From positions 18,724,001-18,788,000 of the forward strand of contig OZ249438.1 in NCBI GenBank assembly GCA_965235115.1: a stretch of DNA of 64,000 nucleotides, written 5' to 3'. The notes under the pieces were generated by a model that saw only the letters and a list, made by a program, of their open reading frames with translations, ran no database searches and was not told the origin of the DNA. The translations under genes and the position numbers were made by a program. Positions within the stretch are counted from its first letter, which is position 1; every line of letters begins with the position of its first letter. Shown one piece after another: positions 1-11,232 of the stretch. The stretch comes from Laetmonice hystrix. Its lineage: Eukaryota.

Positions 1-1
1 G

Positions 2-1552
2 TTACAACGGGCCAATGGGTCTGCCGGAAGGTTTACATGGGGCGACGCTAGCAAGGAAACGCCCCGCGAGGCTGCTGTGACCAGGACGTCTGCACCCAAC
101 CTTCACTACATTGTAAATACGTCAGGGGTGCAATATGAAGTGCAGCCTGGCTTCAAGCAGGATCAATCAGACGGCACACGCCCTACCATTGAGATCCTCC
201 CCGCCGTTGTGACAGCTCCGAAGATTGACCTACAACCAAAACGAAGGAGGATTGGAGATGCTGCTGAACACCCCGTGCACTCACCGGATAATCCCGAATT
301 TAGGCGATCTGCTGGCGAACTAATGAAAATATTGCCTGTGCCTGAGAAGGGAAGACGCTTTGGTTCATCTCCGAAACAGGACATGAATGTAGGGCCAAGG
401 GAATCTGCGAAGAAGGCTCGACCAATGAGTGTTCCAGACGTTTATGTACTTGTTCAATTCGACAAGGGTAACGTAAGTAACTTTGGTGTGCTTGAGAAAG
501 ATGATCCCAGTGGTGATAGGGACAGTAGCACCCCTAACATTGCTCAGTCAAGTTCGAGCCGGGAAAATCTGCAGCAACCTGCAAGGCCGGAGGGAAGTCG
601 AGCACACAGAGTCAAATCACTTGAATCTCTTGACATACAAGCCAAAGAGAGAAGACCACAAAGGAGCTTGTTACCCAATCCGTTACCACTTTCACAAGTA
701 ACGTCCGATTCGGTAGACTATACCCCTTACACATCTACCAGTCAGGAGATTCAAGGTAACAGTGATCAGAAGTGGAGACCCCGACCCGCGCCAAGACAAA
801 CAAAATCAGGCCGATCAGCCAGCACTCCAACTTACTCTGAAACTCCACGCTCTTCAAAGCATGGCAAGACTGAACCCAGGGGCTCATCCAGAAGCAATAA
901 GAATAAATCTCCTGAGGATAAAATTGGCCAACGTCCGCTTTCATTGACGGATATACAACGGACCCCTGTGGGTCAGGAACAGTTCCCCAGTGGCCAGTAT
1001 CTATTTACTGGTACTGGCATTGATAACGGTTCCATAACAAAGATGACGGTGGGTCAGCCCTCAGTTGACTATAAACCATCACCAAAGCCAAGACCACAAC
1101 GCCCCAAACTCCCACCGTCGCCCGTTGGTGCAGCGCATAATGGGAACTTCTCAGCACAAGACCCTTCAATCTCTGAATCTCCAGGTGAGAGAAGACAGCG
1201 TCCAAACAGTTTCCATGCACTCCCAAAGGAGAACCGTGAAGGAAGACACACAATTCCAATCCAAGCCAGCCGTCCAATTAAAGTATCGCCCAAGACTGTA
1301 CGATATGCAGAGGTCCCAAGAACTAGTGCTCCTGTCAGCTATTCTGGCCATTTCCGCCACCAGATGGCGCCTCAAACCACGCCACCTGGTGCACAGCGAC
1401 CCCTGGTGGCAGGTGATGCTAAGAAACGACTGAGCGACCCGACCGGCAGCAGGCCTGTGCATATCCAGTCCCGTGGTACCCCTCCTACAAGTCGGAGCCC
1501 GCAGCAGCTTCCCAGTCCGAAGCCTTCCTATGAGGAGACAGACATTTGGTAA
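2..1552 (+). CDS. Large terminal coding exon (5' partial) of an unidentified gene; intrinsically disordered Pro/Ser/Arg-rich C-terminal region ending ...PKPSYEETDIW*
   Basis: Frame is open from base 2 (LQRANGSAGRFTW...) to TAA at 1550-1552, >510 codons; low-complexity P/S/R/Q composition, no recognisable globular domain; AT-rich 3'UTR-like sequence follows. Confidence 0.8.
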   Translation, partial: LQRANGSAGRFTWGDASKETPREAAVTRTSAPNLHYIVNTSGVQYEVQPGFKQDQSDGTRPTIEILPAVVTAPKIDLQPKRRRIGDAAEHPVHSPDNPEFRRSAGELMKILPVPEKGRRFGSSPKQDMNVGPRESAKKARPMSVPDVYVLVQFDKGNVSNFGVLEKDDPSGDRDSSTPNIAQSSSSRENLQQPARPEGSRAHRVKSLESLDIQAKERRPQRSLLPNPLPLSQVTSDSVDYTPYTSTSQEIQGNSDQKWRPRPAPRQTKSGRSASTPTYSETPRSSKHGKTEPRGSSRSNKNKSPEDKIGQRPLSLTDIQRTPVGQEQFPSGQYLFTGTGIDNGSITKMTVGQPSVDYKPSPKPRPQRPKLPPSPVGAAHNGNFSAQDPSISESPGERRQRPNSFHALPKENREGRHTIPIQASRPIKVSPKTVRYAEVPRTSAPVSYSGHFRHQMAPQTTPPGAQRPLVAGDAKKRLSDPTGSRPVHIQSRGTPPTSRSPQQLPSPKPSYEETDIW

Positions 1553-1871
1553 TCTCTGTAAAAGTCTTTCATTACCTTTTTGTCAACAAAACGGGGATGT
1601 TATGCGGGAGTGCGAATATGATTGGAAGAACAGGAAAACCATTATAAACCTATAGATTCTAGCCAATTAGGGCATATAGTACTTCGTGATATTAAGCGAA
1701 ATAATATATATTAGGGATCCACAAGCTCTACCATTATGGTAACTCGCAAATACTCTCTGTATACGCGCTTAGTTAGTTGGCAGTATCGGCCTACGAAGTG
1801 AAGGCGGAAGTGAATCATGATTAGCTGAAGTCCGACGATCATCAATCACTAATAATGAGAAATTGCAAATC

Positions 1872-2112
1872 AGGGCCGGATCCAGGATTTTTTTTTCAAG
1901 GGGGGGGGGGGGTGCAACAACTTGACAGGTGAAAAACCACTTTATTACAAAGATATTACATTTATATTTTGCTCGTTTGCCAACTAAAATAGCACTGTGC
2001 ACTGTGCATTGGGACAATCTGGTGGAAATCTGGCTTTAGCATGTTCAGATAGAATTTTTCTAGATTTCTAAGGGGGGTGCAACCCCCAAACCCCCCCTCT
2101 GGATCCGGCCCT
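1872..2112. mobile_element. Short non-autonomous TIR element (MITE-like) with internal G/C runs
   Basis: Perfect 14-bp TIRs AGGGCCGGATCCAG (1872) / CTGGATCCGGCCCT (2112); no coding capacity. Confidence 0.7.
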
Positions 2113-2448
2113 AAACATGTAGGCCTCGTAGGGGGAATGTGCATAAATAACTCTCTGATGTCATCGGTGTATAAGCACGTTTGTGGAAAAAGGGGCATTA
2201 CAGTAATCCTTAGGTCGACATCAGGAACAATAGGCTTTGTAACACTATCGAATATCGGCGAAGTTTAGAAATGGATAGCATTGGCAATAGGCAAGAAGGC
2301 TCATGGTAAACTCCTTTCCTTCCTAAGTGTTTTGGTGCATGGTAATAAAGGTTGGTAATTCGCTATATAGCCGTATGAATTACTGGCATAGGGCTCATAA
2401 ATTTACATAATCTTCATTCGCTTTCCAACGTACATGTATTAATGTTAA

Positions 2449-3035
2449 AGGGAAATGTGAGTGTTCAAAGCGGCGCGTAGTGAGTCGCGTTGGTACTACT
2501 GGAGAAAAGTGAGTGTTAAATGCGCCGCGTAGTGAGCTTAACCAGAAAAATGTTTGGCTTATTTATGTGGTTAACTAGTTTGATGTGGAAATCAGTAGTA
2601 TTTTTTAAACCATGAACATAACTGTGTGCCAGAACCTGTCTACTCCATTGAATGCTAGTTAAGTTAAGACCCGTATTTTACCAAGGCACTGACTGTTTGG
2701 CAGGCTGTAACTTTTTTTTTAATTCGGTGACCCCCAATTTTTTTTGTTTTAAACTATTAGTCCTGATCCACTTTATCTTGTCACCGAGTTTCAGGAGAAA
2801 ACCAGTGGTCGTTTTTTAATTATTAGTCAAAATGTCTGAAAAATCCCGTTTTTCCCATTGAAACCTATAGTAAAGACCCATTTTTTTACGGAGGCCTGTA
2901 TAAAAAAATCTAATTCGGTGACATATGATTTTTTGTGTGTTTCTTTGCACTCCTAAGGACAAAGGCTATCCCCCAGAAAAATATTTTGAAAATTCTAGTG
3001 GTCAATCAAATTCTGTCGAACACTCACATTTCCCT
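2449..3035. mobile_element. Kolobok/T2-type MITE, copy 1 (587 bp)
   Basis: TTAA at 2445-2448 and 3036-3039 flank TIRs AGGGAAATGTGAGTGTTC / GAACACTCACATTTCCCT; TTAA TSD plus AGGRR termini is the Kolobok/T2-MITE signature; related copy at 34924-35384. Confidence 0.75.
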
Positions 3036-4185
3036 TTAAGCGCGGAGCAGTTGTACATATAATGCCCATCGAGTTCAATCCAAGGCTATGCATAATTAAG
3101 TAAGTGTTTATATCGAGGAAAAACCAGATAATATTATACGTTCACAAAATAAATTGCATTAGAAAACAGGTACTTGACAACTATATCCGTGTGCATTTTT
3201 CTTTCAAAACAAAGGGTTCCGATGGTTGACAATAAATGTTTCGTCAGGGGGTGCCAGCAGCATTTCGACTCAACGTTTACCATTTCAATGTCCCTTTTCC
3301 TGAAGGCAGGCCTATATTGTTCGGCGGTAATGATTATTAGCTTTTACTCATTGCGAGTGGATGCCTCAATCTGCCCAAGCCTGCATGAATTATTGATATG
3401 ATTGGCATGTTAATAATATAAAATTGGACGGTCCCGAGCCCGAGTACCTTTATTTCCCAATCCATGGGGTGCTTTGTAATTGTTAGGCAGCCTTGAACGG
3501 GTCGATAGATTGCCTTCAGAACGTATGTAACATGACGTTGCAACATGACATCGAGGACCAACAGCTTAGAATTGCCGTTTTGAAATTAGCATGCCAAATA
3601 TTCGTTCATTCCAATATTACCAGGCAAATTGTACACTGGATAGTCACAAAGTCAACAGATTGAGGTAACGTTTCAAGTACATTGTATACTATTTTGTTTT
3701 TAAAAATAACATGCACATCCAGCAATCGCCGGATGCATAGTGTCCTTATCACTCCAGATAAAATCTGGGAAAGGCTTGCAGGCTCAAGATAATTTGTCAA
3801 CTGAAAGATAGCATCTGTGTACGAGATGTAGTTGTATGAATGTAACAAGCTATACTCCATTTCATCATCAGAATATTCATGAGAATCGTCAATATCTTCT
3901 CTTCTCATATCAAATACGCTTTATGTTAATGCTCTGCGCTGGCCGACACTGTATTAACCATGCGTACAGGCCAAGCCGTAAGATGTTTAGGATGATTTAC
4001 GAGAAAGCAAAAAAAAAAAAAAAGAAAGAAAGAAGGAAAGTATTACATTATAACCCCATGACCGTGAGCTATTCCTCCTATAGGGCAGTATTGTCCGTCT
4101 AATATAATAACGTCCTAGATTGTATACGGATGTAAGCAGCTGGCGCAGTTACTGCGAGTGCTGATGTTGGTCCAAATCTATATCG

Positions 4186-7100
4186 CTATGCCATCCATTG
4201 TGTCCTGATGTTAGAGTTAGGCGGATGTTGTACTCGCTCTCTCTCGCTCTTCTCCTCGCACTCTCCTTCAATCATTCTCTGCTTCTCTCCTGTTCTTTTC
4301 ATTGTTATCATGTCTTTGTCTCTGTTCTCCGGAGGTAACACTTTGTGAGAGATCATCTCTTGGATAACTGATAATATTGTAGAGAGCCACGCCAAGCCAA
4401 GGACGAGCCAGAGAACAATCAGTAATCTCGCTAGTCTAGCATCGTAAAGGTAGATTTCTGGAAGAAAGTAAGACGGATGGCCACATACAATTGTCATAAC
4501 ACATCCCATTTAGTGACATAGATTAACGTAATTGTATCGTCATTAATATCGTCATCGTCATTATACTTAAACAATCGGCGCTCAACAATGGATGATTACC
4601 TTAAATTTATTGCAACCTTACGAAACAGTTTCAGGCTAAGTTAACGCGACGAATGAAAGTCAGTTAGACCTAACAATAATAAGAACATGAGGGGGTGATT
4701 AGGGGAGCGAATAGCATGACGATAATACATGAAGGGGGTGATTAGGGGAGCGAATAGCATGACGATAATACATGAAGGTGGTGATTAGGGGAGCGAATAG
4801 CATGACGATAATACATGAAGGGGGTGATTAGGGGAGCGAATAGCATGACGATAATACATGAAGGGGGTGATTAGGGGAGCGAATAGCATGACGATAATAC
4901 ATGAAGGGGGTGATTAGGGGAGCGAATAGCATGACGATAATACATGAAGGGGGTGATTAGGGGAGTGAATAGCATGACGATAATAAGAACATGAAGGGGT
5001 GATTAGGGGAGCGAATAGCATGACGATAATACATGAAGGGGTGATTAGGGGAGCGAATAGCATGACGATAATACATGAAGGGGGTGATTAGGGGAGCGAA
5101 TAGCATGACGATAATACATGAAGGGGGTGATTAGGGGAGCGAATAGCATGACGATAATACATGAAGGTGGTGATTAGGGGAGCGAATAGCATGACGATAA
5201 TACATGAAGGGGGTGATTAGGGGAGCGAATAGCATGACGATAATACATGAAGGGGGTGATTAGGGGAGCGAATAGCATGACGATAATACATGAAGGGGGT
5301 GATTAGGGGAGCGAATAGCATGACGATAATAGGGCCTACATGAAGGGGGTGATTAGGGGAGCGAATAGCATGACGATAATACATGAAGGGGGTGATTAGG
5401 GGAGCGAATAGCATGACGATAATACATGAAGGGGGTGATTAGGGGAGCGAATAGCATGACGATAATACATGAAGGGGGTGATTAGGGGAGCGAATAGCAT
5501 GACGATAATAGGGCCTACATGAAGGGGGTGATTAGGGGAGCGAATAGCATGACGATAATACATGAAGGGGGTGATTAGGGGAGCGAATAGCATGACGATA
5601 ATACATGAAGGTGGTGATTAGGGGAGCGAATAGCATGACGATAATACATGAAGGGGGTGATTAGGGGAGCGAATAGCATGACGATAATACATGAAGGGGG
5701 TGATTAGGGGAGCGAATAGCATGACGATAATACATGAAGGGGGTGATTAGGGGAGCGAATAGCATGACGATAATAGGGCCTACATGAAGGGGGTGATTAG
5801 GGGAGCGAATAGCATGACGATAATACATGAAGGGGGTGATTAGGGGAGCGAATAGCATGACGATAATACATGAAGGGGGTGATTAGGGGAGCGAATAGCA
5901 TGACGATAATACATGAAGGGGGTGATTAGGGGAGCGAATAGCATGACGATAATACATGAAGGGGGTGATTAGGGGAGCGAATAGCATGACGATAATACAT
6001 GAAGGGGGTGATTAGGGGAGCGAATAGCATGACGATAATAGGAACATGAAGGGGTGATTAGGGGAGCGAATAGCATGACGATAATAAGAACATGAAGGGG
6101 TGATTAGGGTAGTGAATAGCATGACGATAATACATGAAGGGGTGATTAGGGTAGTGAAAGAAGTGGGCACATTAGAAAATCATGAAGAATAATAAAGATT
6201 TAAGCATAATCAGTATTTTATCATCCCATTTTTGCTTGTTGTCGACTTCATATGAAGGCAACTATACGTTGCCGTGAGTCTGTCGTTTACCTGGGGTTAG
6301 GTCCCCGAAGCCAATGGTAGAGAGACTGACGAACGCCATGTAGACCGACTCGCACATTGTCCAGCCCTCCAGGTGGCTGAAGGCCAGTGCGGGTAGTTGG
6401 ATGAAGACCGTCCAGCCCAGGAAGAAAGTAATAACGAACCTGACCGTCTGGGCCACTCGCGGGTGCGGGAAGCGGGCAGCCACGTGGCGGTCAAGGCGAC
6501 GGTTGAAACTATTGATTCGTCGGCCAATGGCTCCCAGGAGGACAAAATTTAAGGGAATGCCAAACATTGCATAGAAAATGCAGGCTACTCGACCGGAGGG
6601 CGTTACTGGTGCTAACGTGCCGTAACCTGCAGCAATAATAAGAAAAGGCTTAAACAAATAACATGAACCTCGACATTGAAAGAAGGTATAGGCGGAAGGA
6701 CGAGGACCTTCTTTTGGACATATACGCCCCATTGAACACCCTGCAGCAAAATACTAGGCCCGGTCACCTATTCTAAAGCCGGGTTGATCTCAGCATTGGG
6801 GGAAAATGTATCATCTCCTCAAATACGCTAATACATAGGCACATCTCGCTATTCGAACAATAATATATCATTATGAGTGTATAGGCCTACAAGATACGAG
6901 GTCGAATCCGAAAGTAAAACTCAGATAACAGAAAGATAACGCAACCATCGTGCCTTTTGTTGCGGCGTTTCTCAGCCATTAAGATTGTACAATCCGGATA
7001 ATGATATAGGGTGCATGTGAAGACCGAAAAACAAACTTTACCTATTGTAGTGATGACCGTGATCGAAAAGAAAGCGGATGCACCGAACGTCCAGCTCGTA

Positions 7101-7708
7101 GTTGGCTCATTAACGTTGGCATTCTCCAGTACCAACATGCCATTCTTATAGGTTTGGATAGCATCCCGAACCAACCACTCCAGATCGGCATCCTTCCCAG
7201 TAGCATTACGGCGATCTAAAATATTTACCATGCTCCTTTTGGTATATTAGGCTCGACATAAAGTATAAATATAAAGGTGATGCATAAAATATAATGACTG
7301 GTATAGTCAGATCTGTTAACACAATTATATTGGAGTACCTGATTGTCGATTGAGTGTATTACGGTCTGCCTACCTAGTCACGAATAGGCAACGCTGGTAT
7401 ACCATCACATGCAACCTTCCATAATAATTTATATAGAAGGGCCCTGCACATGTGTGTAAACATACACACCTAAAAAATGAATAGCAGTCACTGCATGCCA
7501 TACCATGGCCAAAGGACTGGAGGTGGCCCAGTAAACGTTGCTCTCTTACTGTCAACATACCTTCAAGATATCTGGTCACGTTAAGTGGCATGTTGCTCTC
7601 GTTGACATCGTTCTGTCGACCACCTTCTAAATGCATGAAAATGATTGCTCCTAATATGGTGTAAACTAGCTGCGCCAGCCACAAGATCAACACTGTACCT
7701 CTCTTCAT
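4186..7708 (-). CDS. Two-pore-domain potassium channel, TASK-2/TALK (KCNK5/16/17)-like, paralog A; exons complement(7561-7708, 7042-7215, 6291-6626, 4186-4457), 309 aa
   Basis: Four exons with canonical GT-AG sites, all introns phase 1, 930 nt in frame. M1 (LVYTILGAIIFMHLE), P1 TVITTIG|YG, GIPLN in M2, P2 SLSTIGFGD, M4 LWLVLGLAWLS as in TASK-2/TALK-1. Confidence 0.93.
4686..6155. repeat. Minisatellite, 43-bp unit x ~34, in intron 3 of K2P paralog A
   Basis: Unit CATGAAGGGGGTGATTAGGGGAGCGAATAGCATGACGATAATA; recurring variants (+GGGCCTA; GAAGGTGG). Confidence 0.97.
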
Positions 7709-9460
7709 TCTGGTCGTTGTTTCTTCCACGTGTGTAAACCCTATAGCAGATATAACCCAGTGACCGTGAGACGGCGGGTTTCCACATCTGGCGCTGCCCC
7801 AGCACTGTTCCACGTCTAGCTACTCTACCCCTGTCCTTAGAAGTCTCATACATCTAGCGCTGCCCCAGCACTGTTCCTCGCCTATCTGCTACAGGTCTAC
7901 CCCTGGGGTTAGAAGTCCTGTCCTATAGCACGGCGCTCGAACTGATTTACGTCGGCAAACGCTAAGCATCGTGATCTTCAGATCCAAGTAAAAGCCTCGC
8001 TTTAGAGGCGCACTTGCTTATTGATACACTGTCGGGCTCCTAGTCCATAGGGTATATATGACCCGAGACGGCGGGAATGGCGGTGGGGAACCCATGTCTC
8101 TAACCAGCTGCATGAGCAAACATTTGCAGGAAATCCTTTTGTGGGTGAATATGATTGGCCCTTTTAGGCGTTTGTCTCATCTATCAAATACAAAATGTTA
8201 CTGACAGATATGCACTGTTTCGGGGTGAGACAGAGATGGTTGTGATGTAATCCGTATAGGCTAAAACTGTTGTACGGCACTTTAGGAGACATCAAGTAGA
8301 TGACTAATGACCATCAATCTCTCAGCTGTGTGGATTGAACTTTCAGAGTAATACTGTATTCAGCATTGACCTGCCTGAATCCTCACACGGCGAGACGTGT
8401 ACTGGGGGCACATTGTGCACTGTTACATTACCGCACGATAGGGGTTCATCCAGGGCAGATTAATTTTGTTCATGTAGTCCAATTATTACCGTGCTGGAAA
8501 CAGAGAGTTTACCACGCACAAGGCACAACGGTAAATCTAATAATTAATATCAAAGTGACATCTTATTTAGCTTCTCCGATAATGCCTTATATCAGCCAGT
8601 GTCGTGATCTTCTTCAGGCAACCTAGCTCAGTCATTTTATGAAATAATCTTTATTTTTGAACCTGTTTTATTCAACCAACCTAGAGGTGTATGGTTTTAA
8701 AAAAGAGGAAATGCTTAGGTTTTACAGTAACATTAATATGAACCAAAGTGCGTGGTGAGTCCCACGAAGGGCCTTGGAGGTTCATAAACTGCATACATTA
8801 ATCCCCGGACATTTAGATTGCAAAGCGGCCTGGGGACCTTCAACAAATTGCATGCAGGAAGGCATTGCGCATGAAACACCAGTCTTGCCTGTTGGCGGTT
8901 CTGACATCCATCCTGATTAGTTCCAATCTTGCAACGATCAACGCTGCTACTTTTGAATGACGACGACGATACTAGTCTTACCACGTACCCCATTTAATGC
9001 CACTGGGATTGTATCCTGACATGTGTACTATCAAATCGATTCTCGGATGTGTGGACCCGTATCATTATAGGGACTGGTGCGGTTTCAGACATGAGTTTGC
9101 ATGCGGGTCGTTTTACCGGAAGCATCAAGCAACTTGAGGTCTATACGTGATTCGGTAAGAAAGGGTATACGCAGATATACGCCGGTATTTACTGTTATTA
9201 TATGATATGGTACAACCCATTCTTAGATCTGTCCCATCTACTAATGGCCTACTGATGGTTCTGTCCTAATAATGACTCGTCCATTTGTGACCTTGGAGGC
9301 CGAGAGTTCAGCGCCGTTAAAATTTTATTAATATCGGCAAAATGGGCGTACAAATCACGGGATTGGGAAGGGTGTCAATAGCATATTTGAATAAGTATAA
9401 TATTAACATCCAACGGCAGATTTTAGACGGTCAAGTTAGTAGACCGCGTAGGATTTCTTT

Positions 9461-9860
9461 TATGATGTACCAAATGTCTCTATAGATACATGTGCACGTA
9501 TTTCCAGTATTTATGATGTACCAAATGTCTCTATAGATACATGTGCACGTATTTCCAGTATTTATGATGTACCAAATGTCTCTATAGATACATGTGCACG
9601 TATTTCCAGTATTTATGATGTACCAAATGTCTCTATAGATACATGTGCACGTATTTCCAGTATTTATGATGTACCAAATGTCTCTATAGATACATGTGCA
9701 CGTATTTCCAGTATTTATGATGTACCAAATGTCTCTATAGATACATATGCACGTATTTCCAGTATTTATGATGTACCAAATGTCTCTATAGATACATGTG
9801 CACGTATTTCCAGTATTTATGATGTACCAAATGTCTCTATAGATACATGTGCACGTATTC
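9461..9860. repeat. Minisatellite, 51-bp unit x ~8, between the K2P paralogs
   Basis: Unit TATGATGTACCAAATGTCTCTATAGATACATGTGCACGTATTTCCAGTATT. Confidence 0.95.
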
Positions 9861-11232
9861 CCAGAATATTAAATTTTATTTTTGAAGCAAATCTGAACAG
9901 TAAAACTACATGTATATGTATGTTGATTACAGAATTATTCTTGCATAAACAGCTGGAATATAAACGCATGCAGATTAAGTTCTAGTGTATAGTCGATTTG
10001 AGAAATTGTAGGGCTCTATACGATATACAGATATTGAAACATTTGAGAATAGAATGCAATACTCGCATTCTGCTATCTCTGTACAACCAGATATTTTACC
10101 AGTACACTTCAGTGCACCAGGTAACTGGTTCAGCCGCAGTCGCCTCCTTGATTACTTGTGTTTAAGATACAAGTACTGGACATGGACTGGTTGCATGACT
10201 TTACTTTAGCTGGGCTCCGTTAAAACGTATTTTGAATGGGGGTTTTAAAGGGTAAAGCTCCACTAATGGGAAGGTATGCAACGGGCCCCAGACAAAAGAG
10301 GGAAGAGGTTAAATAGGAAAAGTTGGGGGGGGGGGGTGAGTGAGCGAGTGAGTGAGTATTGATAAATCTATACGCCATGTTGGCATGCTCAAGCCATCTT
10401 TACGGCATGGGTATACGATTGCCAAGTACATTGGACCTATTGTTTCCCGGGCCCCCACGGGAAGGGCTAGAAGACGACCATTAACATCATATATTACTTT
10501 GAATATGAAATATGAATGAATCATAAAGCATGCATGTATATGTAATGGGAGATGTATGAATGTTCGCCACGATTCCCGCAGACAACTTATCACAGGCTCG
10601 GTCAGGAGGCGTCAGGGTCTTCTGTTGTCTCCGTATATACAATTAAAAAATATAACAATCAGAAGATGAGAATGTCGTTAGATATAAAATGACCAACTGT
10701 CATGTCTTCACATGTATGTTGCAGGTCAAAAGAGCAGTCATATTATAGAACGGCGGTATATTTATACATGCCCACATGATTCTATTACATTCCAAAGTAC
10801 ACTTGGGCCCAATTATTTCGAGAACTGTAGTCTTCTCAATCAGTATTCCTGTTGTCCAGGACCATACTGCACCAAGAAAAAGATCATGAATATGATGGCG
10901 ATCGCCGCTGTCTAACAGTCGACTCCAAATTGGCGTATGAAGATCTCAAGACCTGGGCCTAATAGACTGTAAGTGACTCTCCATTGGAAGTCAATGCAGT
11001 CAAGTGCATCAATGTAGACGGACTGATCCAAACAATCGCTCCAACAATCTCCAATCTTCAAATGCTTACATAGCATGTATACATTGCTCGATTGACCATC
11101 CATCAGCTGACATTCTATGTGTGGCGCAAATCCATTGAGCACTCCAGCCCTTCAGGATATGCCTTCCTGACTAATACCCGCACGTGGCGGAAGGGTCACC
11201 GTAAACACTGACGGCGACCCTTGCTGTAATTG

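Noticed and set aside
5217-5858. Three identical 65-aa ORFs
   Set aside because: Products of the 43-bp intronic array.
8733-8993. MDVRT...AFLHA in a - frame resembling the Copia RT motif
   Set aside because: Motif halves are wrongly spaced and flanked by stops; chance match.
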